DNA of 32,000 nucleotides from Trichlorobacter lovleyi SZ (GTDB lineage Bacteria; Desulfobacterota; Desulfuromonadia; Geobacterales; Pseudopelobacteraceae). The number at the start of each line of letters is the position of its first letter. Positions within the stretch are counted from its first letter, which is position 1. The stretch spans positions 2,940,001 to 2,972,000 of the forward strand of contig NC_010814.1 of the NCBI RefSeq assembly GCF_000020385.1, read 5' to 3'. The notes below the pieces were generated by a model. It was not told the origin of the DNA, did not search any database, and saw only the letters and a list, made by a program, of their open reading frames with translations. A program made the position numbers and the translations under genes. Of the stretch, positions 7,887-17,581 are shown one piece after another.

Positions 7887-9878
7887 TTATCCTTGTATTA
7901 CCTTGCGGTACTGTTCACAGAACCGGTCACCGCAAAACTGCGCCTGAGCATAACCATAGGCTGCAATAGCCAGCTGTTCCAACAGCTTTCTGTTGCCATG
8001 AAGTTGGACAATGGCATCATGCAGTGCCGTAACAACGGCATCCTCATCCTGATCGGGCAACAGCCAACCGTTTTCAACATGCCGGATATGCTCCGGTATA
8101 CCGCCGACAGCCGTACAGACCGGCACACAGCCCTGGGCCATACCCTCCATGACCGTTAGCGGGAACCCTTCACGGCTGGATACAATCACAATCAGGTGGG
8201 CAGCGGCATAGATCTCAGCCAACGCTGCAGCATCATCAATATGCCCCGTAATGCGACAGTACATGTCATCACCTGACTCTAGACTATCAGGTCCAGCCCC
8301 CACCAGTATGAAGTTGGCCTGCAGTCCCTCCTGGCAACAACGCCGGGCGGTTCGGCCAATCAGATGCAGCCGTTTTTCCTCGCTGCCGCGACCGACAAAC
8401 AGCACCTGCAACGGACCGTCCCATCGTTTTCCAGGCATGACTGACGGCACAGGTACACTATTGGGAATCAGTACGATCCGCTCAGCAAGGGCGGCATCAA
8501 GACCTGATTTTTCATACTGTTCCTGCAGATCCTGACTGGTCTTATGATTGATCACTACCCGGCAATCAAGCCGTGGCACAGCCGGCAGGGTAAAGATTTC
8601 AACACCTGCACCAAAGGCATGGATCAGATCGGAACAACGGACATGGGGCTTCAAAAATGGCAGCAGCAAGGCATAAAAAAGGCTGTTAGCTCCAAACACC
8701 ACCGGCCGTTGATGGCGATTGATAAACCCGGCAGCCAAGCCTACGCTAAAGGGATAGAGATACTTGCAGATTGGCCAGAGATTAAACAGCCTGGCTCCCT
8801 GATCAAACAAGCCGTAAAAATCACGCGAAGACGACTTTTTGGTAAAAACAATCCACGGCTTCTCGCTATGAAAACAGCGCACCACGCCGGCATGAACCCG
8901 TTCAGCACCACCCATATGAAAAAACGGGAAGAAAAAAAACAGACCGGAACGGTTGACCACGGGGAGTAATGCCCCAATCATTGCCGACAGGCGCACAAAT
9001 AGCTGCACAACAGCAGTACGGTTGAGTTGTAAAGCCAGTTTATCGCGATTATCATCCGGCCAGTCGCCTAGCAACAGACGGAATAATCGCTTTACCGCCA
9101 GGCGGGCAGCATCACGAAGTAGTGACACGCTAACCTGTAAGCAAAATGAATTCAGACGCCAATTTACAAGGGCATGGCGTAGAAAGTAGTTCTTTGCTCT
9201 CAAATGCCTATATTCCGGTGGCAATGAACGCCCCGCGGAACTGAAAGACGAGTTAACAATCCGGTAATACAGTAGAACTGCCGGTATCTTTGCCACCTGC
9301 AGACCATCAGACACCAGCCTGAGCAACAGATCATAATCCTCAACGGCATCCCGTCCACCTCGATAACGGTATTGGCGCAGTATTTTCGCCCTGATCATCA
9401 AGGAAGAGTTTGCAACACAATTGGCCCTCGGCAAGAATGCCCTTATCTGATCAGGAGTGACCGTAGATCTGTCATCTGCCCAGCCACTCAGGAAGGTTCC
9501 GTTTTCGTCAACACACTCGATACATGCAGCCACTGCAGCCACGGACTGATCCGTATCCAAAAAAGCAACCTGTTCGGCAAGCCGTTCCTCTGTGCTGATA
9601 TCATCACAATCCATCAAGGCGATATACTCCCCACGGGCCAGCTCAATCCCCCTGTTGCGAGTTACTACAATCCCTTGATTGATTTCATTTTTAACGCTGA
9701 TTATGCGGGTATCATGATACGAGGCAATGCAAGCAGCAGAAGAATCGGTTGAGCCATCGTCAACAATGATCAGCTCAAAATCATGGAAGCTCTGTCCTAG
9801 AATACTGTCGATCGCCTCCCGCAGAAAGCGCTCACCATTGTAAACCGGCATCAAAACCGAGACCCGTGGCGATATCAT
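7887..9878 (-). CDS. Bifunctional glycosyltransferase, N-terminal GT2 fused to C-terminal GT4-like domain
   Basis: N-terminus: VSVLMPVYNGERFLREAIDSIL...ELIIVDDGSTD, MDCDD. C-terminus: HMGGAERV ... SSREGFPLTVMEGMAQGCVPVCTAVGGIPEHIRHVENGWLL. ATGA overlap with the following gene at 9875-9878. Confidence 0.8.
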   Translation of the reverse strand: MISPRVSVLMPVYNGERFLREAIDSILGQSFHDFELIIVDDGSTDSSAACIASYHDTRIISVKNEINQGIVVTRNRGIELARGEYIALMDCDDISTEERLAEQVAFLDTDQSVAAVAACIECVDENGTFLSGWADDRSTVTPDQIRAFLPRANCVANSSLMIRAKILRQYRYRGGRDAVEDYDLLLRLVSDGLQVAKIPAVLLYYRIVNSSFSSAGRSLPPEYRHLRAKNYFLRHALVNWRLNSFCLQVSVSLLRDAARLAVKRLFRLLLGDWPDDNRDKLALQLNRTAVVQLFVRLSAMIGALLPVVNRSGLFFFFPFFHMGGAERVHAGVVRCFHSEKPWIVFTKKSSSRDFYGLFDQGARLFNLWPICKYLYPFSVGLAAGFINRHQRPVVFGANSLFYALLLPFLKPHVRCSDLIHAFGAGVEIFTLPAVPRLDCRVVINHKTSQDLQEQYEKSGLDAALAERIVLIPNSVPVPSVMPGKRWDGPLQVLFVGRGSEEKRLHLIGRTARRCCQEGLQANFILVGAGPDSLESGDDMYCRITGHIDDAAALAEIYAAAHLIVIVSSREGFPLTVMEGMAQGCVPVCTAVGGIPEHIRHVENGWLLPDQDEDAVVTALHDAIVQLHGNRKLLEQLAIAAYGYAQAQFCGDRFCEQYRKVIQG

Positions 9879-10750
9879 GGCAGACGCACCCAGGTTTCCG
9901 GCAAAAGATCGTTGGTAGTTATAGCCGGGTCAGTGAACCACCGGCAGGGGGCGACAACCAGCTTGTGCGGAGACGGATTCAACCAGGCTCCCCACCAGCT
10001 AAAGCTGCTATTGGCAATAATCTGATGAGCACAGCGCGAAATCAGCACCAGCTCCTCGGCTGAGCCATTCAATCCAAAATCTGCGGCAAGCCTGAACGGC
10101 TGCCCAAGATCAAGATGTTCCTGACACCATGCCGGATCATCCGAAAACACCAGAAACTGAGAATCGGGATAACTCGTTAGAATATTGGCAACGGCAGCCT
10201 GATAATAATCCTGAGAGCAGATACCATGAAAGCTGGCTGCTGCCGGATTGGTGACATAGTCACCACGCCTGACATGCACCGCCACAGTGGCATCAGAGAG
10301 TACGCTGCTTGCCTTACGTAAGGCAGGACTTGGTGCTTTAAGACTAAGTTCCTGCTGCAGAAGACTGGTAATCTGCTTAAAATAACACTCAGATTGCCAG
10401 AAACCATCCAGAATACAACTCGACGGTGCCCTGAAAATTAATGGATCAAACCCGCAGCCCTGCTCTTTTAGTATGATGCTGCCCCACAAAGGAATGCTGG
10501 CCTTCAGCAACAGCCGATGCATGCATGCCTGATAACTCCCCAATGGCTGACGGCCCTCCTCAGCCAATAGCGATGCCTTGATGTTAAACGGAGCAAGTTC
10601 AAAACAACGAGGAGTATCTCCCGGTTTTGGATGCTGTAACCTTGAAAGATCAAGGAGCAGCTCAACATCATGTTTTTCAGCTAACGCCCTTCCGGCTGCA
10701 TATTGAAAAAGCTGGTTACCCAGACCGCCATTCAACAGTACCGTAATCAC
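9875..10750 (-). CDS. Alpha-1,2-fucosyltransferase (GT11 family)
   Basis: LNGGLGNQLFQYAAG, HVRRGDY, IANSSFSWWGAWL, which are the GT11 signature motifs. Start moved to GTG 10750 (GTGA overlap with the upstream stop). GGAGG lies 7 nt upstream, giving N-terminus M-ITVLLNGGLGNQ. Confidence 0.85.
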   Translation of the reverse strand: MITVLLNGGLGNQLFQYAAGRALAEKHDVELLLDLSRLQHPKPGDTPRCFELAPFNIKASLLAEEGRQPLGSYQACMHRLLLKASIPLWGSIILKEQGCGFDPLIFRAPSSCILDGFWQSECYFKQITSLLQQELSLKAPSPALRKASSVLSDATVAVHVRRGDYVTNPAAASFHGICSQDYYQAAVANILTSYPDSQFLVFSDDPAWCQEHLDLGQPFRLAADFGLNGSAEELVLISRCAHQIIANSSFSWWGAWLNPSPHKLVVAPCRWFTDPAITTNDLLPETWVRLP

Positions 10751-11532
10751 AACAGATCCTCCGGCCGGTCCTTGACGAAACAGAAACATCCGCAGCCGTA
10801 TGCTTGGCCGTCAACCAGTTCTGTTTTAGGTGCTATCAGCAACCCAATCGAGGGATCGTCTGGAACCAAAGAAAAACTAATAAGCCTCAGACCAGGGAAA
10901 AGTGCACAGACCTGTTCATAGCTATAGATTCGATGGGCATTAAAGGCTGTTCTCGGCCTCCCCACCGGTGTCACCAGCAACAAGCGACCGTCTGGCGCAA
11001 GCACCCTGCTCAATTCAGCAGCAGCCTTGACATCACCCTTGTCATCAAGCGGATCACCATAGCGGCCAAGCCCGATATGCTCAATAACATGCATACAGGA
11101 AAGCGACGAAATGCTGTTGTCTTCAAAATGAAGTGTGAGCAGGTTCGCATGCCCGCAGGACAGTCCTGAAAGAGACAACTCGGCAGGGCGGTAATCATAG
11201 AAACGAATCGGCACAAAAGCGGAAACCAACGCGACAAAGTAAAGCGATGAACCGATATCAATATGCTCTTCAGGTCGTGTGTCAGCAAGCTGGCGGGCAG
11301 CCCAGGCAGTATGATAGACATAGTGCCGGTCAAAACCGGTAGTCACGGTAGAATCGAACAAACAGGGGTAACGGTCTTTCCAGCGGAGTCTTATCTTTCC
11401 GGTCTGCCCTAGCATCTGCGAGTAACGCAGGTAATCCCTTAGAAACAAAAAATAGTGCAGTGGCAGGCGAACAGAACGCCAGATAAAACGGATGAGAACT
11501 ATCTGTTCAAAGTATGCACGAAGACGTTTCAT
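10747..11532 (-). CDS. Class I SAM-dependent methyltransferase, DUF268-like (probable sugar O-methyltransferase)
   Basis: HIDIGSS..., SLSCMHVIEHIGLGRYGDPLD, LAPDGRLLLVTPVG, YGCGCF. It sits between the flippase and the fucosyltransferase. Substrate unknown. Confidence 0.6.
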   Translation of the reverse strand: MKRLRAYFEQIVLIRFIWRSVRLPLHYFLFLRDYLRYSQMLGQTGKIRLRWKDRYPCLFDSTVTTGFDRHYVYHTAWAARQLADTRPEEHIDIGSSLYFVALVSAFVPIRFYDYRPAELSLSGLSCGHANLLTLHFEDNSISSLSCMHVIEHIGLGRYGDPLDDKGDVKAAAELSRVLAPDGRLLLVTPVGRPRTAFNAHRIYSYEQVCALFPGLRLISFSLVPDDPSIGLLIAPKTELVDGQAYGCGCFCFVKDRPEDLL

Positions 11533-12845
11533 CAGTTGATCCGCAGCAGCCGTTCAAGGCGGAAATTAACTACACCAACGGCAACCAGATAAGCTACCGA
11601 GGCAATTATCAAAGCAGCAGCCATACCATTTACGCCATAGCTCACAACGAGATAGCCCCCAACTCCAAGCAACACAAAGGCATGAATGGCCTTAGGCCAC
11701 AGATAGATGCCAGGACGGTTGGCACAAATCCCTACCAGTGCCATCAGCTGCCCCACCTGCCACAGAGAAAGGCCAAGTACCAGCATCCAGAGCAGGTCAG
11801 AATGCCGCGTAAATTCAGTCGTTGTCAGCAGCAATGCGACAGGACGGCCCAGTAAGGCAGTGAGCACTGTTCCCGTTCCAGAGCAGATGACGGCAAAGAG
11901 CATGATGCGCATAATCAAACGTCGAACTTCAAGCCTCTGGGCACTGCTTGTCATTGTACCTGCCCGTTCATAAATAATCGGCACCATCAACTGATTAATA
12001 ATGGCAAACAATAGATTGACCGGAGAAGCTGCGATCTGAAACAAGGCCGCATAAATACCAACTGATGCGGTTCCTGCAGCCAGTTGGAGCACCCAGCGAT
12101 CAGCATAGAGAGTGACCACGGTAAACAGTGCGTATCCAACAAAAGGAAGAACAAATGTCACAAATTCATGCTGTGCCTGGGACACCTGTTCCTCTTGTGG
12201 CACCACCGCAACTCGGCTCTGCTGCTGTTGCTGACCTCGAAACATGCGATACTGCCACAAAACAACCAAAAATGAGCCAACACAGTATCCACCCAATGCG
12301 GCTGAACCACTGCCCCAAAAAATGGCCGCAAAAATAGCACAGCCTATTCTCAGCCACACATCGCCAATCTGAGCTAGAGTTGCGTTTCTACGATCACGAG
12401 CCGCATTCTGCCAGGCAAGAAACGAAACGCCAACACCACTGATCATCCCAAATACAAGTCCCCACAATACCAGCCCACCCCACACGCTGCCCTTAGCCAT
12501 GTATACGAGTAGTGATCCAACCATAACAGGCAAAATAAGCAACAGCAGCAGCTTGGTATGGAGACTGCGCAGTACAAAAAAATACAGGTTTTCTTTGCCG
12601 CAATCTCGATAGGGTGCATAAAAGCGTGCAGCAGCATTGGAAAGCGGGTTATGCAGAAAGGTGGTCAGAAAACCGGCAATGGTTAATCCAAGAGCCAAAT
12701 GACCATATTCAGAAGCTCCCAACTGGCGGGTGAGCAGCTTGATACCGACCAGCCCCCCCAGAAAAGCAGCAGCATGCCCGGCAAGCACCCAAAGCAGTTC
12801 TCCGCGCAGGCGAAGAATCTGTTGCATCAAGGGGGGCATGGGCAC
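11532..12845 (-). CDS. wzx: Polysaccharide/oligosaccharide flippase (Wzx, MOP superfamily)
   Basis: About 437 aa and highly hydrophobic, with 12 or more predicted helices, in a glycan-cluster context. The start is uncertain: GTG 12845, ATG 12839 or ATG 12827, none with a clear SD. The stop overlaps the next start by 1 nt (TGATG). Confidence 0.65.
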   Translation of the reverse strand: MPMPPLMQQILRLRGELLWVLAGHAAAFLGGLVGIKLLTRQLGASEYGHLALGLTIAGFLTTFLHNPLSNAAARFYAPYRDCGKENLYFFVLRSLHTKLLLLLILPVMVGSLLVYMAKGSVWGGLVLWGLVFGMISGVGVSFLAWQNAARDRRNATLAQIGDVWLRIGCAIFAAIFWGSGSAALGGYCVGSFLVVLWQYRMFRGQQQQQSRVAVVPQEEQVSQAQHEFVTFVLPFVGYALFTVVTLYADRWVLQLAAGTASVGIYAALFQIAASPVNLLFAIINQLMVPIIYERAGTMTSSAQRLEVRRLIMRIMLFAVICSGTGTVLTALLGRPVALLLTTTEFTRHSDLLWMLVLGLSLWQVGQLMALVGICANRPGIYLWPKAIHAFVLLGVGGYLVVSYGVNGMAAALIIASVAYLVAVGVVNFRLERLLRIN

Positions 12846-12860
12846 AATTAATACAACCGT

Positions 12861-13826
12861 CTAGGAGACATACTGTTCAACAAACCACCGGTACGCATCC
12901 CGCACGCCATCCTCCAGCTCTATGCGATGCTTCCAGCCCAAGGCATGCAGCCGGGAGGAGTCGGCCAGTTTACGGGGAGTGCCGTCCGGTTTGTCCGTAT
13001 CAAAGACCAGCTCACCTTCGAAGCCCACCACCTGCTGCACCATTCGGGCAAGATTGGCAATGCTGATTTCCTGGCCTGATCCGACGTTGATCAAGGCAGG
13101 TGCGTCAGAATACATAAGAAGTTCTTCATAGCAACCATCATCCAGCAGCATCAAAAAAAGTGAAGCATCTGCCAGATCGTCCACATGCATGAATTCACGT
13201 AGCGGTGTGCCGGTACCCCAGACGGTGACATTTGGAGAACCCGATTGTTTTGCCTCATGAAACTTACGCAGCAGGGCCGGCAGGACATGGGAGCCGGTCA
13301 GGTCATAGTTGTCACCGGGGCCGTAAAGGTTGTTGGGCATGGCGGCCAGAAAGCGGGTGCCGTACTGCTGGTTGTAGGTACGGCACTGAACAATACCGGC
13401 AATCTTGGCTATGGCGTAGGCATCATTGCTTGGCTCAAGCGGGGAGGTCAGCAGGTCCGTCTCACGAATCGGTTGGGGAGCAAATTTCGGGTAGATACAG
13501 GTACTGCCCAGAAACAGTAGTCGCTGAACACCATTTTTCCAAGCCTCGTGAATCACATTAGTCTGAATCATCAGATTGTCGTAAATGAACTCTGCCTTAC
13601 GGGTGCTGTTGGCAATAATCCCGCCCACCCGTGCTGCAGCCAGAAAGACATACTCAGGCTGTTCCTGTTCAAAGAAAGCCGCAACAGCGGACTGATTACG
13701 CAGATCAAGCTCTGAAGATGTCTTTAACACCAGATTCCGGTAGCCTGCCTGTTCCAGCTTTCTGACAATGGCAGAACCGACCATGCCGCGGTGGCCTGCT
13801 ACGAAAATTTTTGCATCAGATTTCAT
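12861..13826 (-). CDS. fcl: GDP-L-fucose synthase (GDP-4-keto-6-deoxy-D-mannose 3,5-epimerase/4-reductase)
   Basis: [70 protein letters not shown]. Collinear with E. coli Fcl along the full length. GGAGGAG lies upstream. Confidence 0.95.
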   Translation of the reverse strand: MKSDAKIFVAGHRGMVGSAIVRKLEQAGYRNLVLKTSSELDLRNQSAVAAFFEQEQPEYVFLAAARVGGIIANSTRKAEFIYDNLMIQTNVIHEAWKNGVQRLLFLGSTCIYPKFAPQPIRETDLLTSPLEPSNDAYAIAKIAGIVQCRTYNQQYGTRFLAAMPNNLYGPGDNYDLTGSHVLPALLRKFHEAKQSGSPNVTVWGTGTPLREFMHVDDLADASLFLMLLDDGCYEELLMYSDAPALINVGSGQEISIANLARMVQQVVGFEGELVFDTDKPDGTPRKLADSSRLHALGWKHRIELEDGVRDAYRWFVEQYVS

Positions 13827-14443
13827 TACCGCTCCTCCAAAAATACAACCGGAACCTTGATTGACATCGGATCAGCCCCGAGATCAAGCAAGGCGTGATA
13901 GAGTACTTCAGCTCGATTACGTGAGCTGATCAACACCTTATACATCCCGCTCAACATGGCACGGGCCAAAGACACAACTTCATGCCCCATAAACGTGCCT
14001 TCCGTGTCATCAGTATCCATTACCAACGCCACTTCAATACCTGCTTCATGCAAAGCCAGCCAGGCCAGTTCAGCACACCCATCTATACCGCACAAGGCCA
14101 CCCGCTCGACCCCTTCATCCCTAAACTGCCGGCACAACTGACGATATTCCTGCAGCAGCAACGGAATCATGCGATCCAGGTAACGGCTGTGCAGCAGCGC
14201 CAGCCTCCGCAGTTCAGCACAGCCTCTGGAGGTAAGGTGATAGGTGCAGCGATTGCCGGACCGTTCTTTGATTCTGACCCATCCTTTGGCAACAGCGGTC
14301 TTAAGGTAGTTGTTGACCAACCCCAGGGCACTATCCAACCTGCGGGCCAGATCACGCTGCGAGCTGACAGGGCCCTGCTCTAACTCGCAGAGCAGCCTGA
14401 ACAGAGTATAATCATCAAGTGATGCAGCTGTCGATTTGTTCAT
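13826..14443 (-). CDS. Winged-helix (MarR-like) transcriptional regulator with an uncharacterised C-terminal alpha/beta domain
   Basis: The N-terminus ([35 protein letters not shown]...WV) looks like a wHTH. The C-terminus ([30 protein letters not shown]...KVLISS) looks Rossmann-like. ATG 14443 preferred; TTG 14479 is the alternative. The stop shares 1 nt with the fcl start (TAATG). Confidence 0.55.
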   Translation of the reverse strand: MNKSTAASLDDYTLFRLLCELEQGPVSSQRDLARRLDSALGLVNNYLKTAVAKGWVRIKERSGNRCTYHLTSRGCAELRRLALLHSRYLDRMIPLLLQEYRQLCRQFRDEGVERVALCGIDGCAELAWLALHEAGIEVALVMDTDDTEGTFMGHEVVSLARAMLSGMYKVLISSRNRAEVLYHALLDLGADPMSIKVPVVFLEER

Positions 14444-14468
14444 GACCTGAACCGTACCCCAGGACAGA

Positions 14469-15659
14469 TTATTTTTCAACCTTCAGCAGCCGTTGATAGA
14501 TCGCTTCCAGTTCTTGCACCCGGGCATCCCAGCCAAGCTGTTCAACGGCCCGTGAGCGCAAGCGCCTGCCTTGTTGGCGCAACTGTTCCCGGTCTGCCAA
14601 AGCATGCGCAATACAATTGACCAGATCAACGGTATCGCCGAATACGGCATAGATGCCGTCATCCCCCAGTAGTTCACGGTTTACCGGCGTGTCAAAGGCC
14701 ACCACCGGCAGGCCGCAGGCCATGTAGTTCAGAAGTTTTCCATTGGCTTCAGTGTCAGAAACCTTGGGCGAGACCGCCAGGTCTCCTGCAGCAAGCATCT
14801 GGGGCGCCCTGGCATAGTCAATCATACCGGTAAAGGTCACAAAGCTTGCAATATTCAGCTGATCTGCCAGCTGGCGATACTGCTGCTCCGGATACCCCAT
14901 GATCACCAGATGAAAAATCCTCCCCTGGTGAATCAACTGTTTTGCAGCCTGTAAAAGCAGATCAACCCCTTGATATTGATTGAGCAGCCCGAGATAGACA
15001 ATGACCGGTATCTCATCAGCAATCCCCAACAACTGTCTTGCTTCGCTGCGGGAGTAGGGACGAAAAACGGTTGTATCAACACCATCGGGTAAGGCAGTAA
15101 CCCGTTCCTGCGGAAGCCTCCACAGACCTGTCAGCTCTTGCCGGCCCGGTGTTGAACTGGTGATGATCAGATCGGCCAGGCGGTTGATGCGGTTTTCAAT
15201 GCTGCAAAACAGACGATGCAGCAGGGTGTTTGCACCGAAAAAACCATGATTGAGTGACTCGCCGCTCAGACTGCCTTGATAATCAAACAGGAGTGGTATC
15301 CTGCGCAACCGGGCCACCAGCCAGCCGACCAACGCTCCTTCATGCAGATGGGCATGTATCAGATCCGGCTTGAAACGCCGTGCAACCCCGAACGCCTTAC
15401 AGAACAGCACCAGATCAAGATACGGTTTGTGCCAGGAAGGACCGGCCTCCCGCTTCCGGTACCAGGGCAGCGGAAGCGTACGATCAACCGGTACCGGTTC
15501 TAGATCGCGCCCCAGGTGATAGGTCACAATCCGGACCTGATGCCCCCGCGCCATCAAGGCCTTTGCCTCTTCAAAAATCCTGACGTGGCAGCCCCGATCA
15601 GAAAAATACGGAGTTGGCGCGATCATCAGGATACGTAACCGCCTATCAGACATAGTCAT
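14469..15659 (-). CDS. Glycosyltransferase family 4
   Basis: RILMIAPTPYFSDRGCHVRI..., C-terminal SPKVSDTEANGKLLNYMACGLPVVAFDTPVNRELLGDDG. It overlaps the upstream gene by 14 nt. Confidence 0.8.
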   Translation of the reverse strand: MTMSDRRLRILMIAPTPYFSDRGCHVRIFEEAKALMARGHQVRIVTYHLGRDLEPVPVDRTLPLPWYRKREAGPSWHKPYLDLVLFCKAFGVARRFKPDLIHAHLHEGALVGWLVARLRRIPLLFDYQGSLSGESLNHGFFGANTLLHRLFCSIENRINRLADLIITSSTPGRQELTGLWRLPQERVTALPDGVDTTVFRPYSRSEARQLLGIADEIPVIVYLGLLNQYQGVDLLLQAAKQLIHQGRIFHLVIMGYPEQQYRQLADQLNIASFVTFTGMIDYARAPQMLAAGDLAVSPKVSDTEANGKLLNYMACGLPVVAFDTPVNRELLGDDGIYAVFGDTVDLVNCIAHALADREQLRQQGRRLRSRAVEQLGWDARVQELEAIYQRLLKVEK

Positions 15660-16602
15660 CCGGCTCGTTCAGACGCTCCCGTACGGAGTAGATCGGCTTG
15701 CCCTGGGATTCGTAATAGGTACGGGCATTCAGCTCTCCCAGCAGACCAAGGGTGATGAACTGGATCCCCATGAACATCAGGAAGGCGGTCAGGATCAGGA
15801 GCGGATTGCGGTTCATACTGGTATTGGCAAACAGCTTCATATAGACCATGGCGCCACCGGTGACACAGGCCAGCAGCATCGAGTAGATGCCCCACTTGCC
15901 GAACAGCTGAATCGGCTTGGTGGCATAGGAAAGCAGGAATTTGACCGTCAACAGATCCAGCACCACCCGCACGGTACGGGAGATACCATACTTGCTGGTG
16001 CCGTACAGACGGGGATGATGCCGCACCGGAAGCTCAGTTACCCTGGCGCCGATCCGCGAGGCCAGGGCAGGCACAAAACGGTGCATCTCCCCGTAAAGGC
16101 CAATCCCGTCCAGTACCTCGCGGCGATAGGCCTTCAGGGTGCAGCCATAGTCGTGCAGATGGACATCTGTCAGACGGGAGATCAGGCCGTTGGCAATCAT
16201 GGAAGGCAGTTTCCGGTTGATGAAGGTATCCTGCCGATCCTTGCGCCAGCCTGAGACCACATCATAGCCCTCCTTGATCTTTTCCAGCAGTAACGGGATA
16301 TCAGCCGGGTCATTCTGCAGATCACCGTCCATTGGCACGATCACGGCCCCACGGGCCGCCTCAAATCCGGCGGCCATGGCTGCTGTCTGGCCAAAATTGC
16401 GTCGGAAACGGATCACCCGCAGCCGCTGGTCAGTGGCAGCAAGCTCCTTAAGCAGAGTAAAGGAGTTATCGCCAGAGCCGTCATCAACACAGATAACTTC
16501 GTACTGCAGGCCGGTTGGAGCAAGTGCAGCTGTTATGGCATCATACAGCGGCCTGATATTATCTTCTTCAAAGTAGATCGGTACGACAATACTGAGATCC
16601 AT
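15646..16602 (-). CDS. Polyprenyl-phosphate glycosyltransferase (GT2, GtrB/ArnC/DPM1-like) with two C-terminal TM helices
   Basis: LSIVVPIYFEEDNI, VICVDDGSGDNS, RFRRNFGQTAAMAAGF, MDGDLQNDP, VVSGWRKDRQD, then two hydrophobic helices. Start trimmed to ATG 16602, with GGAG 9 nt upstream. The track start at 16626 is TTG. Confidence 0.8.
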   Translation of the reverse strand: MDLSIVVPIYFEEDNIRPLYDAITAALAPTGLQYEVICVDDGSGDNSFTLLKELAATDQRLRVIRFRRNFGQTAAMAAGFEAARGAVIVPMDGDLQNDPADIPLLLEKIKEGYDVVSGWRKDRQDTFINRKLPSMIANGLISRLTDVHLHDYGCTLKAYRREVLDGIGLYGEMHRFVPALASRIGARVTELPVRHHPRLYGTSKYGISRTVRVVLDLLTVKFLLSYATKPIQLFGKWGIYSMLLACVTGGAMVYMKLFANTSMNRNPLLILTAFLMFMGIQFITLGLLGELNARTYYESQGKPIYSVRERLNEPDDYV

Positions 16603-16622
16603 CTCATATACTCCAGTAGGTA

Positions 16623-17564
16623 TCAAGGCGTAAGGTGACGGATGGTCACCGGCGGACGGTTATAGCATGTTTGAGGTTTCAGAGGGAGCAGAAAGCCGGC
16701 CAGCAATCCGAGACCGTTCGAAATATGCAGTATCGGGAACAAGAGTGGCAGAAGCAGCAAATATGATGCAGCCCGTTCCTTCACCGCTGCCCGAAGCGTA
16801 CAGAGGCCTATGGCAAGCAGGTAGCCTGCCAGCGGCAACCGCAAAAGCGGCGACTGCAGAAACGGTACTGCCAGGAGATACACCAGAAAGAACAGCGGCA
16901 CAAACGGCATCAGACCGTTCAATCCGGCAATTCTGGTCTGCTCTGACCTGCCGCGGCCATAACGGAACATCTGGCGGACAAAGGCAGCCAGAGAAGTACG
17001 TTGGCTGCGCTCAACCGCAAGTCCAGGGTCATGTAAAAGTATACCCCCTGCCTTATACAGACGATCCAGCAGTTCGTTTTCTTCATTGGGGTAGAGCCGT
17101 TCATCCAGACCGTTGTTGGCAAGAAAGGCCTCACGCCGGATCGCCAGATTACAGAGGATCAGCTCCCGCTCGGTGGTTCGCCGGACCGTTCCCACCGCCC
17201 GGTAGCGATTGCGCACCCCCCCTGCCCCAAGTGGCGAGGCCAGGGCTGCAGCGATGGCGTGCTGCAGCAGGGTATCGGTTGACGGTGTCAGCGACGGCCC
17301 TCCGACAACAACCACCTGTGGATCAGCAAAATGCCGCGCAAGCCTCTGCAGGGCGTCCGGCACCACCATGGCATCATCATCAAGGAAATAGATGATTTCA
17401 CCGGCGGCCTGCTGTACCGCCTGGTTACGCTGGCAGCTCGGGCTGGTTCCTTCGGCAACCAGCAGTTCATACTGACCGGATGGCCAGCCCAGGGCGGCTA
17501 TCCGTCCGGCAGCCTGCGGAACCAGCCCAGGTTTGATCGGTATGACTACGGAGATGGTCAGCAA
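16623..17564 (-). CDS. Glycosyltransferase family 2 with C-terminal membrane segment
   Basis: ISVVIPIKPG..., IYFLDDDAMV, hydrophobic C-terminus. Start set to TTG 17564, with GGAG 5 nt upstream. The longer track ORF (to 17621) would translate through the terminator hairpin at 17582-17608. Confidence 0.65.
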   Translation of the reverse strand: MLTISVVIPIKPGLVPQAAGRIAALGWPSGQYELLVAEGTSPSCQRNQAVQQAAGEIIYFLDDDAMVVPDALQRLARHFADPQVVVVGGPSLTPSTDTLLQHAIAAALASPLGAGGVRNRYRAVGTVRRTTERELILCNLAIRREAFLANNGLDERLYPNEENELLDRLYKAGGILLHDPGLAVERSQRTSLAAFVRQMFRYGRGRSEQTRIAGLNGLMPFVPLFFLVYLLAVPFLQSPLLRLPLAGYLLAIGLCTLRAAVKERAASYLLLLPLLFPILHISNGLGLLAGFLLPLKPQTCYNRPPVTIRHLTP

Positions 17565-17581
17565 TACAGCTCCACAAACAG

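Noticed and set aside
16667-17395. 242-aa ORF on the plus strand
   Set aside because: It is antisense to the GT2 gene at 16623-17564, with Ala/Pro/Arg-rich shadow composition.
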